Shown here piece by piece: positions 7,985 through 16,644 of a stretch of 64,000 nucleotides of DNA. The position numbers were made by a program, and so were the translations under genes. Every line of letters begins with the position of its first letter. Positions within the stretch are counted from its first letter, which is position 1. Origin of the DNA: Gammaproteobacteria bacterium (GTDB lineage Bacteria; Pseudomonadota; Gammaproteobacteria; SKWO01); the NCBI GenBank assembly GCA_007128895.1, contig SKWO01000001.1, positions 4,477 to 68,476 on the forward strand, given 5' to 3'. The notes under the pieces were generated by a model. That model did not search any database. It worked only from the letters and a program-made list of their open reading frames with translations, and had not been told where the DNA came from.

Positions 7985-8882
7985 TCTCGTCGACTTCGAG
8001 CGCGAAGTCGCCCTCCTGACGGTCGGCGATCACCAGCCCGATGCTGTGCAGCGCCTGCGGCCTGAACGGCGGGGCGCCCTCGACCGGGCGGCCGTGGTAG
8101 CTGGCCCGAAAGTCGGCCAAGGGGAGTTCGACCGTCTGCCAGCCCCCGGCCACGCTGTCGAAGGCGGCCTGATAGACCAGCCCCTCCGCCGCCGCGTCAC
8201 TGCGCAGCGAGAGGCGGTAGCGCTTGCCGTCACCGCGCAAGCGCAGGTGAAAGGCGCTCGCCGCACCGTGGTCCTGGGCCAGCGGCAGATCGCAGCGCAC
8301 CGAGGCAAAGCCACCCCCCTGCAGCGAGAGATAGCCGTGAAACCGGGCACCTCCCGCCTCGGTCGGCGCCATCGCGCTGTGTGACCGCCCGCCCATGACG
8401 ACATCGTCGATCGCACGCCACGGCAGCGGTCGCACGGCCAGGTCGGTGACCAGCCGCTGCAGACCGATGGCGCGCTGCAGCCCGGCCGCGACCCGCTCCT
8501 GCTCGGCGTCCGACCACGTCTCGCCTTCCGGCAGCCGGCCCCAGACCACCCCGGGCCAGCACGCATCGTCCCGACGACGGGCGATGACGTGGCAGTGCAG
8601 CTGCGGGACCAGGTTGCCGATCGCCGCGACGTTGATCTTGTCGCAGGCAAAGAGCCCCTCGACCGCCTCGGCCAGCGCCGCCATCTCATCCATCAGGTGC
8701 TGACGCTGCTCGCGCGCCATCCGGTGCAGTTCGGTCGCCTCGACCTCCGGCACCAGGATGAACCACGGCACCGTGGCATTGCGCTGCAGCAGGAGCTGAC
8801 TCAGATCGAGGCGCCCCAGACGCAGGCAGTCCTGCTGCAGGCGCGGGTGGAGCCGGAAGTCCAGCGCCCCGGTCACCGGCAA
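7971..8882 (-). CDS. HIT-family hydrolase fused to a CIA30 (complex I intermediate-associated protein 30) domain
   Basis: The N-terminal half has the HIT histidine motif (NLVPQLHCHVIARRRDD, with the first His replaced by Gln). The C-terminal half has CIA30 hallmarks (WRAIDDVVMGGRS...FHGYLSLQGGGFASVR...IGLVIADRQEGDFALEVDEI). The track start is a TTG and the true start may be internal. It is convergent with the EVE gene and overlaps it by 14 nt. Confidence 0.6.
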   Translation of the reverse strand: MPVTGALDFRLHPRLQQDCLRLGRLDLSQLLLQRNATVPWFILVPEVEATELHRMAREQRQHLMDEMAALAEAVEGLFACDKINVAAIGNLVPQLHCHVIARRRDDACWPGVVWGRLPEGETWSDAEQERVAAGLQRAIGLQRLVTDLAVRPLPWRAIDDVVMGGRSHSAMAPTEAGGARFHGYLSLQGGGFASVRCDLPLAQDHGAASAFHLRLRGDGKRYRLSLRSDAAAEGLVYQAAFDSVAGGWQTVELPLADFRASYHGRPVEGAPPFRPQALHSIGLVIADRQEGDFALEVDEITTR

Positions 8883-8993
8883 CCTCCGGCACAGCGCTCG
8901 CCTCGCTGGCCCTGCGTTGCCAGCCTCGGGCCATGGATCAGGTTAGCCATCTCTTCTCCTCACGCATTTTCACGTACCCCATCATACCCGCGC

Positions 8994-9022
8994 TTGACCG
9001 CAAATGCCTTTGCCGATAGTCT
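8994..9022 (+). promoter_or_regulatory. Sigma70-like promoter for the btuB leader
   Basis: TTGACC, a 17-nt spacer, then TAGTCT. It lies about 20-30 nt upstream of the riboswitch aptamer. Confidence 0.4.
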
Positions 9023-9039
9023 GAAAAAAGTTTGGCAAC

Positions 9040-9245
9040 AGGTGTCCCGACGGCGTTCTGCCCGGAGGGATGAAACGGGAAGCCGGTGCGTTCCACGCGA
9101 ACAAGCCCGGCACTGCCCCCGCAACGGTAAATGAGTCAAGGCTGTGCCGCATGCCACTGTGTTTCAGCAACACGGGAAGGCGCACAGCCGGGAGAGCCCC
9201 TCCCGCTCATGAGTCCGGAGACCGGCCTGTCGCCACTGAGCCGAC
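9040..9245 (+). promoter_or_regulatory. Adenosylcobalamin (B12) riboswitch
   Basis: Conserved core GGGAAGCCGGUGCG...AAGCCCGGCACUGCCCCCGCAACGGUAAA plus a B12 box GAGUCCGGAGACCGGCCUG at about 9210-9228. It sits in the 5' leader of a TonB-dependent BtuB gene. Confidence 0.85.
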
Positions 9246-9364
9246 ACTGCGGAGGGCGGTGCGGCGAGGTCGCAGCGCCCGTCTGCCCACTCGCCGCCTC
9301 ATCTCCCGGTGTCTTGATACGTCACTGCACGGCGCACGGGTGTGTGCGCCCGGAGAACCTGACC

Positions 9365-11140
9365 ATGAAGACCCGCCACCTGCTGCCGACAGCCCTGCTG
9401 CTCGGTACCTCACCCGTTGCTGCCGAGATGATCGCCGAGCCGATCGTCGTCACCGCCACCCGCATCGCCCAGACGGTCGACGCCAGCCTCGCCTCGGTCA
9501 CCGTCATCACCCGCGAGGAGATCGAGCGGCTGCAGCCGGCCCAATTCAGCGACCTGCTGCGCAGCCGCGCCGGCATCAGCGTGGCCGACAACGGCCCGTT
9601 CGGCAAGACCAGCAGCGTCTTCATGCGCGGTACCAACTCCAACCATACCCTGTTGCTGGTCGACGGTGTACGCATGGGGCCGGCCACCGCAGGTGGCCCG
9701 TCGTGGCACTACCTCCCGGTCAGCGAGATTGAACGCATCGAGATCGTGCGCGGGCCGCGCGCCAGCATCTACGGCGCCGACGCCATTGGCGGCGTGGTAC
9801 AGGTCTTCACCCGCCAGGGCAGCGAAGGGCCAGTCCGCTTCAACGCCCATACCCGCATCGGCGAGTTCAACACCCGCGAGGTCGGCGCCGGTGTGCGCGG
9901 TGGCACGGCACAGACCCACTACAGCCTCTCGGCCAGCCATCTGGAGAGTGACGGCATCAATGTGCGCCCGGTCGGCGACGACGCTCGCGACGGCTACCGT
10001 AACCGCTCCCTCTCGGGTCGACTGGTCCATCGCACGGGCCAGGGCCTGGAGCTCTTCCTCTCCGGCCTGCATTCGCAGGGGCGCAGTGACTACGACGACC
10101 CCTGGTTCGACTTTGCCTACAACGACTTCACCCACAGCGCCTTGACCGCCGGCGTACGCAGCCCGCTCTGGAGCCGTGGTTGGACCGAGCTCTCCTACAG
10201 CCACGCCACCGACCAGTTTGACGGCACCGACTCCTGGCCCGTACGCAACGAGACCTATCGCGACCAGCTCAACTGGCGCAACGAGTTCTCGCTCAGCCCC
10301 AGCACCGTGCTCAGTGCCGGTCTGGAGTGGCAGCGCGAGCGCGTCAGCAGCTCGACCGATTTCGATGAGAGCCGGCGCAGCCACCGGGCCGGTTACGGCC
10401 TGATCCAGACGGTGCATGACCGTCACAACCTGCTGCTGGCACTCCGCCACGACGACAATCAGGCCTACGGCCACCACACCACCGGGCAGATGGCGTGGGG
10501 CTTTGACCTGACCGAGCGGCTGACCTCGCGCCTCTCCTGGGGCAGCGCGTTTCGGGCGCCCAACTTTGTCGACCGTTATGTCGCCTGGGGGGGCAACCCC
10601 GACCTGAAGCCGGAACGCTCGTCGACACTGGAGGCGGGGCTGCGCCTGACCGCTGACCACTACCACCTCGATGCCACGCTCTATGAGACGCGCGTCAACG
10701 ACCTGATCGCCTGGGATGGGGCACAGATGAACAATGTCCACCGCGCCCGGATGCGCGGCGTCGAGGTCGAGGGCAGTCTCCAGTCGGGACCCTGGCAACT
10801 GCGCAGCTCGATCACGCTGCTCGAGGCCCGCAATCGGGTGACCGGCAACGAGCTGGCCCGCCGCCCCCGCGAGCAGCTCCGCCTCGACCTCGACCGCCAG
10901 TTGGGCGCATTCAGCCTGGGCTCCACCGTCACCTCGCAAGGCCGCAGCTTTGATGATGCCGGCAACGCTACCCGCCTGGCCGGCTTCACCCTGGTCGACC
11001 TGCGTGCCACGTGGCAGCCGGCTCCGCAGTGGCGCGTGCGCGCAACGATCAACAACCTCTTCGACAGACAGTACGAGACCGCAGGCGGCTTCAACCAGCC
11101 GGGTCGGGCCGCCTACCTCTCACTCCATTATCAGCAGTAA
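9365..11140 (+). CDS. btuB: TonB-dependent vitamin B12 outer-membrane receptor
   Basis: 591 aa with a signal peptide, a TonB box (EPIVVTATR), and plug and barrel motifs with a C-terminal aromatic residue. It is preceded by the cobalamin riboswitch. The start was trimmed to the Met at 9365. Confidence 0.85.
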   Translation: MKTRHLLPTALLLGTSPVAAEMIAEPIVVTATRIAQTVDASLASVTVITREEIERLQPAQFSDLLRSRAGISVADNGPFGKTSSVFMRGTNSNHTLLLVDGVRMGPATAGGPSWHYLPVSEIERIEIVRGPRASIYGADAIGGVVQVFTRQGSEGPVRFNAHTRIGEFNTREVGAGVRGGTAQTHYSLSASHLESDGINVRPVGDDARDGYRNRSLSGRLVHRTGQGLELFLSGLHSQGRSDYDDPWFDFAYNDFTHSALTAGVRSPLWSRGWTELSYSHATDQFDGTDSWPVRNETYRDQLNWRNEFSLSPSTVLSAGLEWQRERVSSSTDFDESRRSHRAGYGLIQTVHDRHNLLLALRHDDNQAYGHHTTGQMAWGFDLTERLTSRLSWGSAFRAPNFVDRYVAWGGNPDLKPERSSTLEAGLRLTADHYHLDATLYETRVNDLIAWDGAQMNNVHRARMRGVEVEGSLQSGPWQLRSSITLLEARNRVTGNELARRPREQLRLDLDRQLGAFSLGSTVTSQGRSFDDAGNATRLAGFTLVDLRATWQPAPQWRVRATINNLFDRQYETAGGFNQPGRAAYLSLHYQQ

Positions 11141-11141
11141 C

Positions 11142-11699
11142 ATGGGCTACCGACTGTCGAAGATCTACACCCGGACCGGCGATGACGGCACCACCGGGCT
11201 GGGCGATGGCCAGCGCGTAGCCAAGGATGCGCCGCGAGTAGAGGCGATCGGCACCGTCGACGAGCTGAACAGCGCGCTCGGCCTGCTGCTGGCCGAGCCG
11301 CTGCCGGAGACGATCGCGCGCTGCCTGACCCAGGTACAGAACGACCTCTTCGATATCGGCGGTGAGTTGAGCGTGCCCGGTCGTGATGTGGTGGATGGCC
11401 GCTACATCGACCGGTTGGAAGCGGTGCTCGATCGGTTGAACGGGGCGCTGCCGCCGCTGGAGAACTTCATCCTGCCCGGTGGCGGACGCGCGGCGGCGTT
11501 GTGCCATGTGGCGCGCAGCCTCTGCCGTCGCGCCGAGCGCACGCTGGTGCGGCTGGCCCGCGAGGCGCCGGTACCGGCACCCTTGACCGCTTACCTGAAC
11601 CGCCTCTCCGACCTGCTTTTCGTCTGTGCCCGCACCCTCGCCCGCGCCGACCGGGGCGAAGTGGTGTGGCGTCCGGGGGCAGGGAAGGCGGATGGCTGA
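11142..11699 (+). CDS. pduO: ATP:cob(I)alamin adenosyltransferase, PduO/MMAB type
   Basis: 185 aa beginning MGYRLSKIYTRTGDDGTTGL, the PduO-type N-terminus. It lies between btuB and btuF. Confidence 0.8.
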   Translation: MGYRLSKIYTRTGDDGTTGLGDGQRVAKDAPRVEAIGTVDELNSALGLLLAEPLPETIARCLTQVQNDLFDIGGELSVPGRDVVDGRYIDRLEAVLDRLNGALPPLENFILPGGGRAAALCHVARSLCRRAERTLVRLAREAPVPAPLTAYLNRLSDLLFVCARTLARADRGEVVWRPGAGKADG

Positions 11700-12576
11700 G
11701 CGCTATCGCCGGGGTGGCTGGCTGGCCGCCCTGCTCTTGCTGCTGCCGCTGGCGGTCGAGGCGCAGGTGCGCGTCCATGACGACCTTGGCCATGAGGTCG
11801 TCCTCGCCCAGCCGGCCAGCCGTGTGGTCAGTCTGGCACCGCACATCACCGAACTGCTCTTCGCCGTCGGTGCCGGCGAGGTCATCGTCGGCACGGCCAG
11901 CCACAGCGACTGGCCGCCGCAGGCACTGGAGCTGCCGGTGGTCAGCCACCAGGGACGGCCCGACCTGGAGCGCATCGTGGCACTGCAGCCCGATCTGGTG
12001 ATTGTCTGGGAGAGCGGCAACGGCCCGCGCACACGTGAGCGGCTGCAGGCACTCGGTCTGACCGTCTACGCCAGCGAGCCGCGGCGGCTGGAGCAGATCG
12101 CCACCTCACTGGCGCGGTTTGGCGCGTTGACCGACCGCGCCCAGGCCGGGGCCGAGGCGGCCGCGGCCTTCCGTGACGGGCTGCAGGCGCTCAAGGCCGA
12201 CCACGCCGGGCGCGCGCCGGTGCGGCTCTTCTATCAGATCTGGCACCAGCCGCTGATGACCGTCGGCGGTGACCATATCATCAATGAGGTGGTCGCCCTG
12301 TGCGGGGGCGAGAACGTCTTTGCCGAGCTGCGTCCGCTGGCACCAACGGTCGATACCGAAGCGGTACTGGCGGCCGATCCCGATGTGATCATCGCCAGCG
12401 GCCTGGGCGAGCCCGACCCGGCGTGGGTTGAAGGCTGGCTACGCTGGCCGCAGCTGCGTGCCGTGCGCCACGCGCGCCTCTTCACCCTCGATCCCGACCT
12501 GCTGCAGCGCTCGACGCCACGCCTGCTGGAGGGTGCCCGCCAGCTCTGTGCGGCGCTCGACAGCGCTCGTTCTTAG
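11692..12576 (+). CDS. btuF: Periplasmic cobalamin-binding protein (ABC substrate-binding, BtuF-like)
   Basis: 294 aa with a signal peptide and the class III substrate-binding protein pattern (RVVSLAPHITELLFAVGAG...PDLERIVALQPDLVIVWE). It overlaps the pduO stop by 8 nt. Confidence 0.75.
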   Translation: MAERYRRGGWLAALLLLLPLAVEAQVRVHDDLGHEVVLAQPASRVVSLAPHITELLFAVGAGEVIVGTASHSDWPPQALELPVVSHQGRPDLERIVALQPDLVIVWESGNGPRTRERLQALGLTVYASEPRRLEQIATSLARFGALTDRAQAGAEAAAAFRDGLQALKADHAGRAPVRLFYQIWHQPLMTVGGDHIINEVVALCGGENVFAELRPLAPTVDTEAVLAADPDVIIASGLGEPDPAWVEGWLRWPQLRAVRHARLFTLDPDLLQRSTPRLLEGARQLCAALDSARS

Positions 12577-12584
12577 CCACCACC

Positions 12585-15500
12585 TCAACCCAGCGACTGC
12601 CACAACGTCTTGAGCCGCTTGGCCGAGACCGGCGCGACGGTCTTGAGCTCCTGGGCAAAGAGCGAGACGCGGAACTCCTCGACCAGCCAGCGGTAGTGCA
12701 TCAGCTCCGGATCGACCCGCCCCTCCTGGCGCTGACGCGCGAGGCGGGCCGGCCACTCGCTGTCCAGTGGTGCCACCTCGAGGCGCAGGCGGCGATCGCG
12801 CGCCGGGTCGCGCTCGAGCTTGTCCAGGCGCAGCTCGATCGCCTTCAGGTAGCGCGGCAGGTGGGGTAACCATTCGGCCGGAGTGGTGGCGAGAAAGTCG
12901 GCCGGCAGCAGGCGGTCGAGCTGGCCGCGCACGTCGTGCAGCGCCTCCAGCCAGACCGGTGACAGGGCGCGCTTGAGCCGCCGCTCGATGGCGTGGCGCA
13001 GGGCCAGCGTCTCGGCCACCGTGGCACAGAGCCGCTCGGCCTCGCTCAACAGCGCCTGACGCGCCCGCGCGCAGGCGTGCTCGAAGCCCTCGGCATCACG
13101 CGGCGCCTCACCATCGCCGAGCAGGGCGCGCTCGATGGTCGCCTTGACCAGTGCCTCACGCAGCGTCTCGCACTTGCCCAGGGTGGCGTAGTGCAGACAC
13201 ATCGCGTTCAGCCCCGGCAGGTGGCGACGCAGGTAGCGCACCCGGTCGTTGGCGACCAGGGCGAAGAGGCGGCAGAGGCCGGCCCGATGGGCCGTCGCGG
13301 CACGCGCCGGCGTATCGAGCAGGCGCAGGGCGACGCTCTCCCCCTCATCGACCAGAGCCGGGTAGCCGCGCAGGGCCACGCCGTGGCGCTCGGTCTCGAT
13401 GCTCTCCGGCAAGGTGCCAACCGTCCATGCGCTCAGCCCGCCGCGCTCATAAGCCGTCTCCGCCTCTGGCGCTGAGCCACCCGGCTCGCTGAAGCTGGCC
13501 CCCGCCGCTTCGTGCAGCTGGCGCTGCAACCGCACCAGATCGCGCCCCTCGGCCAGGGTGGCGCCACCCCCGTCGAGGACGCGAAAGTGCATGCGCAGAT
13601 GGTCGGGCAGCGTCTCGAACGACCACGCCGCCTCGGGCACCTCGACCCCGGTAACCCGGTGCAGACGCCGCGAAAGGACCTGCGGCAACGGCCCCTCCTC
13701 CGGCCCGACACTCTCGGCGAGCAGCCGGGCAAACTCGGGCACCGGCACGAAGTTGCGCCGCAGCGCCTTGGGTAGCCCGCGCAGCAGGGCGGCAAAGAGC
13801 TCCTGACGCAGCCCCGGCACCAGCCAGGCGCAGCGGGTCGGGTCGATCTGACCCAGAGCCGGCAGCGGGACCAGGGCGGTCACGCCGTCATCGGCCTCGC
13901 CGGGCTCGAACCGATAGTGCAGCGGCAGGCGCACAGCCCCGAGCGCGAGGCTGTCGGGGAAGGCGTCGGCCGCCACGGCGCCGTCGTCGCCGCGCAGCAG
14001 CTGTTCACGACTCAGAAAGAGGCGGTTCGGGTCGTCGCGCTCGACCTGCTTGCGCCAGCGCTCGAAAGTGGCGGCGTTGTGGATTCCGGCCGGGATGCGC
14101 GTGTCGTAGAAGGCGAACAGCGCCTCATCGTCGACCAGCAGGTCGCGCCGCCGCCCGCGCGCCTCAAGCGCCTCGATCTCGGCGACCTGCTCGCGGTTGT
14201 GGTGGAAGAAGGCGGCCCGGGTGTTCAACTCGCCGGCCACCAGTGCGTGGCGAATGAAGAGTTCACGCGCCTCATCCGGGGCGATCGGCCCGTAGTGGAT
14301 CTTGCGCCGGGTGGCCAGCGGCAGCCCGTAGAGGGTGACGGTCTCGTAGGCGGCGACCCGTCCGGCGCGCCGCTCCCAGTGGGGCTCGCTGTAGCTGCGC
14401 TTGATCAGGTGGCCGGCCAGCCGCTCGACCCACTCCGGTTGGATCGCGGCGACGTGGCGAGCAAAGAGGCGGCTGGTCTCGACCAGTTCGGCTGCCAGCA
14501 ACCACTTCGGCGGCGACTTCTGCGCCGCCGAGCCGGGGAATAGGGCGAAGCGGCAGCCCCGCGCACCGAGGTACTCGACCTGACGCCGCCCCTTGCGCCG
14601 CGGCGTTGCCTCGCGCGCTCCCTTGGCGGGCCGCTCCTCCTGTTCGATGCGCAGGCCGATCTGGCCGAGCAGGCCGCTGAGCACGGCGCGGTGGATCGCC
14701 TCGTATGACGCCTGCACCCCGCTGGCGCCCTCGGCCCGTGGGGCACGGCGGAAGAGGCCGGCGTCGCCGGCCTGTCCCTTGAGCTGGCTGTGGACCTCGA
14801 TCCACTCGCGCATGCGCAGCCAGGAGAGGAAGTGGTCACGGCACCAGCGGCGCAGCTTGTTTTGCGACAGGTGGCGGCGCTGTTCATGGAAGGTGTGCCA
14901 CAGCCGCAGCACGGCGAGAAAATCGGAGGGTGGGGCGGGCGGCGGCGCGGGCTCACCCTCGACCTGGGGCTCGCGATGCCAGCGCCGGTGGGCCTCGTCG
15001 GCCTTTTCCCGCTGGTCGTGCGGCCGTTCACGCGGGTCCTGGCTGCCGAGCAGGCTGGCGATCACCAGTACCTCGTCCAGCGCCTGCTCCTCGGCCCCGG
15101 CCAGTACCATCCGGGCCAGACGCGGATCGAGCGGGAAGCGGGCCAGACGCCGGCCGAGCGGGGTCAGCCGCCGCTGCCCATCGACCGCGCCCAGCTCGTG
15201 CAGCAAGCGGTAGCCGTCGCTGACCAGGCGGCCATCGGGCGGCTCGACGAAGGGGAAGGCGTCGACCGCGCCCAACCCCAGACTCTCCATGCGCAGGATG
15301 ACCGCGGCCAGGTGGGTGCGGGCGATCTCGGGGTCGGTAAAGGCGGGCCGGGCGTTGAAGTCGTCTTCGTCGTAGAGTCGGATACAGACCCCGGCGGCGA
15401 CCCGCCCACAGCGCCCCTTGCGCTGCTCGGCCGAGGCCTGCGAGACCTTCTCCACCGGCAGCCGCTGCACCTTGGCGCGGACGCTGTAGCGACTGATCCG

Positions 15501-16412
15501 CGCCAGCCCGGTGTCGACCACGTAGCGAATGCCGGGCACGGTCAGGGAGGTCTCGGCGACATTGGTGGCGAGGACGATGCGCCGGCCGGGGTGGCCCCTG
15601 AAGACCCGCTGCTGCTCCTGTGCCGTCAACCGCGCATAGAGCGGCAGGATCTCGGTCTGCGGCGGGTGGTGCTTGCGCAGCCGCTCGGCGGCCTCGCGAA
15701 TCTCGCGCTCGCCCGGCAGAAAGACCAGCACGTCGCCGGGGCCGCAAGCGGCCAGCTCATCGACCGCATCGAGGATCCCCTGCTGCAGGTCGCGGTCGGC
15801 CTCGTCCGGGTCATCGCTGTGCAGCGGTCGGTAGCGCAGCTCCACCGGCCAGGTACGACCGGAGACCTCGATCACCGGCGCGCCGTCGAAGTGGCGCGAA
15901 AAGCGCTGCGGATCGATCGTCGCCGAGGTGATGATCAGCTTCAGGTCGGGCCGCCGCGGCAGCAGCTGCTTCAGGTAGCCGAGCAGGAAGTCGATGTTGA
16001 GGCTGCGCTCGTGCGCCTCGTCGATGATCAGCGTGTCGTACTGGTGCAGCTCCCGGTCGTGTTCGATCTCGGCCAGCAGGATACCATCGGTCATCACCTT
16101 GATACGGCTCTGCGGGCCGGTGCGATCGTTGAAGCGGACCTTGTAGCCGACCCAGTCGGGTCGCCCCAGCTCCTCGGCGATACGAGCCGCGACGCTGCGC
16201 GCGGCGATGCGGCGTGGCTGGGTGTGGCCGATCAGGCCGTTGCGACCGCGCCCGAGCGCCAGGCAGATCTGCGGCAGCTGGGTCGTCTTGCCCGAGCCGG
16301 TCTCGCCGCACAGGACCACGACCGGGTGGTCGGCAATCGTGCGCGCAATCTCGTCGCGCCGCTGGTTAACCGGCAGCTGCTCTGCACCGGTCTGTTCCAT
16401 CGCCTTGTGCAT
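12585..16412 (-). CDS. hrpA: ATP-dependent RNA helicase HrpA
   Basis: 1275-aa DEAH-box helicase with GETGSGKTTQLPQ, DEAHER, HA2/OB and the HrpA C-terminal extension. Confidence 0.9.
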   Translation of the reverse strand: MHKAMEQTGAEQLPVNQRRDEIARTIADHPVVVLCGETGSGKTTQLPQICLALGRGRNGLIGHTQPRRIAARSVAARIAEELGRPDWVGYKVRFNDRTGPQSRIKVMTDGILLAEIEHDRELHQYDTLIIDEAHERSLNIDFLLGYLKQLLPRRPDLKLIITSATIDPQRFSRHFDGAPVIEVSGRTWPVELRYRPLHSDDPDEADRDLQQGILDAVDELAACGPGDVLVFLPGEREIREAAERLRKHHPPQTEILPLYARLTAQEQQRVFRGHPGRRIVLATNVAETSLTVPGIRYVVDTGLARISRYSVRAKVQRLPVEKVSQASAEQRKGRCGRVAAGVCIRLYDEDDFNARPAFTDPEIARTHLAAVILRMESLGLGAVDAFPFVEPPDGRLVSDGYRLLHELGAVDGQRRLTPLGRRLARFPLDPRLARMVLAGAEEQALDEVLVIASLLGSQDPRERPHDQREKADEAHRRWHREPQVEGEPAPPPAPPSDFLAVLRLWHTFHEQRRHLSQNKLRRWCRDHFLSWLRMREWIEVHSQLKGQAGDAGLFRRAPRAEGASGVQASYEAIHRAVLSGLLGQIGLRIEQEERPAKGAREATPRRKGRRQVEYLGARGCRFALFPGSAAQKSPPKWLLAAELVETSRLFARHVAAIQPEWVERLAGHLIKRSYSEPHWERRAGRVAAYETVTLYGLPLATRRKIHYGPIAPDEARELFIRHALVAGELNTRAAFFHHNREQVAEIEALEARGRRRDLLVDDEALFAFYDTRIPAGIHNAATFERWRKQVERDDPNRLFLSREQLLRGDDGAVAADAFPDSLALGAVRLPLHYRFEPGEADDGVTALVPLPALGQIDPTRCAWLVPGLRQELFAALLRGLPKALRRNFVPVPEFARLLAESVGPEEGPLPQVLSRRLHRVTGVEVPEAAWSFETLPDHLRMHFRVLDGGGATLAEGRDLVRLQRQLHEAAGASFSEPGGSAPEAETAYERGGLSAWTVGTLPESIETERHGVALRGYPALVDEGESVALRLLDTPARAATAHRAGLCRLFALVANDRVRYLRRHLPGLNAMCLHYATLGKCETLREALVKATIERALLGDGEAPRDAEGFEHACARARQALLSEAERLCATVAETLALRHAIERRLKRALSPVWLEALHDVRGQLDRLLPADFLATTPAEWLPHLPRYLKAIELRLDKLERDPARDRRLRLEVAPLDSEWPARLARQRQEGRVDPELMHYRWLVEEFRVSLFAQELKTVAPVSAKRLKTLWQSLG

Positions 16413-16543
16413 TTTGCTCCACTACGGTGCGTGCAGGCGTGTCGCTTGTCCGCCAATGGGCGGCGACCGACACTGCTACCCCGTTATATTTCAATCACCT
16501 GAAAAACAACCCGAGATTGGCACGCCATCTGCAGAATGTCATC

Positions 16544-16637
16544 GTGGCCGGTTCCTTCCCCCCCTGTGTGCCGGCCACCATACTCTCCTGTATGGCTATT
16601 GTGTGGTTTCGGGCGCCCCCGTGGCGCCCGTTTTTTT
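16544..16637 (+). ncRNA. Candidate small RNA 3' module: stem-loop plus intrinsic terminator
   Basis: In the 232-bp gap divergent from hrpA there are two strong + strand hairpins. The first is GUGGCCGG...CCGGCCAC at about 16544-16577. The second is GGGCGCC-CCCGU-GGCGCCC followed by eight U's at about 16609-16637. No + strand CDS lies upstream. The 5' end is undefined. Confidence 0.35.
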
Positions 16638-16644
16638 TGCCCGA

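Noticed and set aside
9410-10939. 509-aa ORF antisense to btuB, and similar antisense ORFs to hrpA (14790-16502 +), ybbP (18083-19078 +), glnE (27238-29199 +), ilvD (49241-50398 +) and ahcY/metK (54325-56697 -).
   Set aside because: No recognisable motifs. Compositionally biased. Each is fully contained within a well-supported gene on the other strand.
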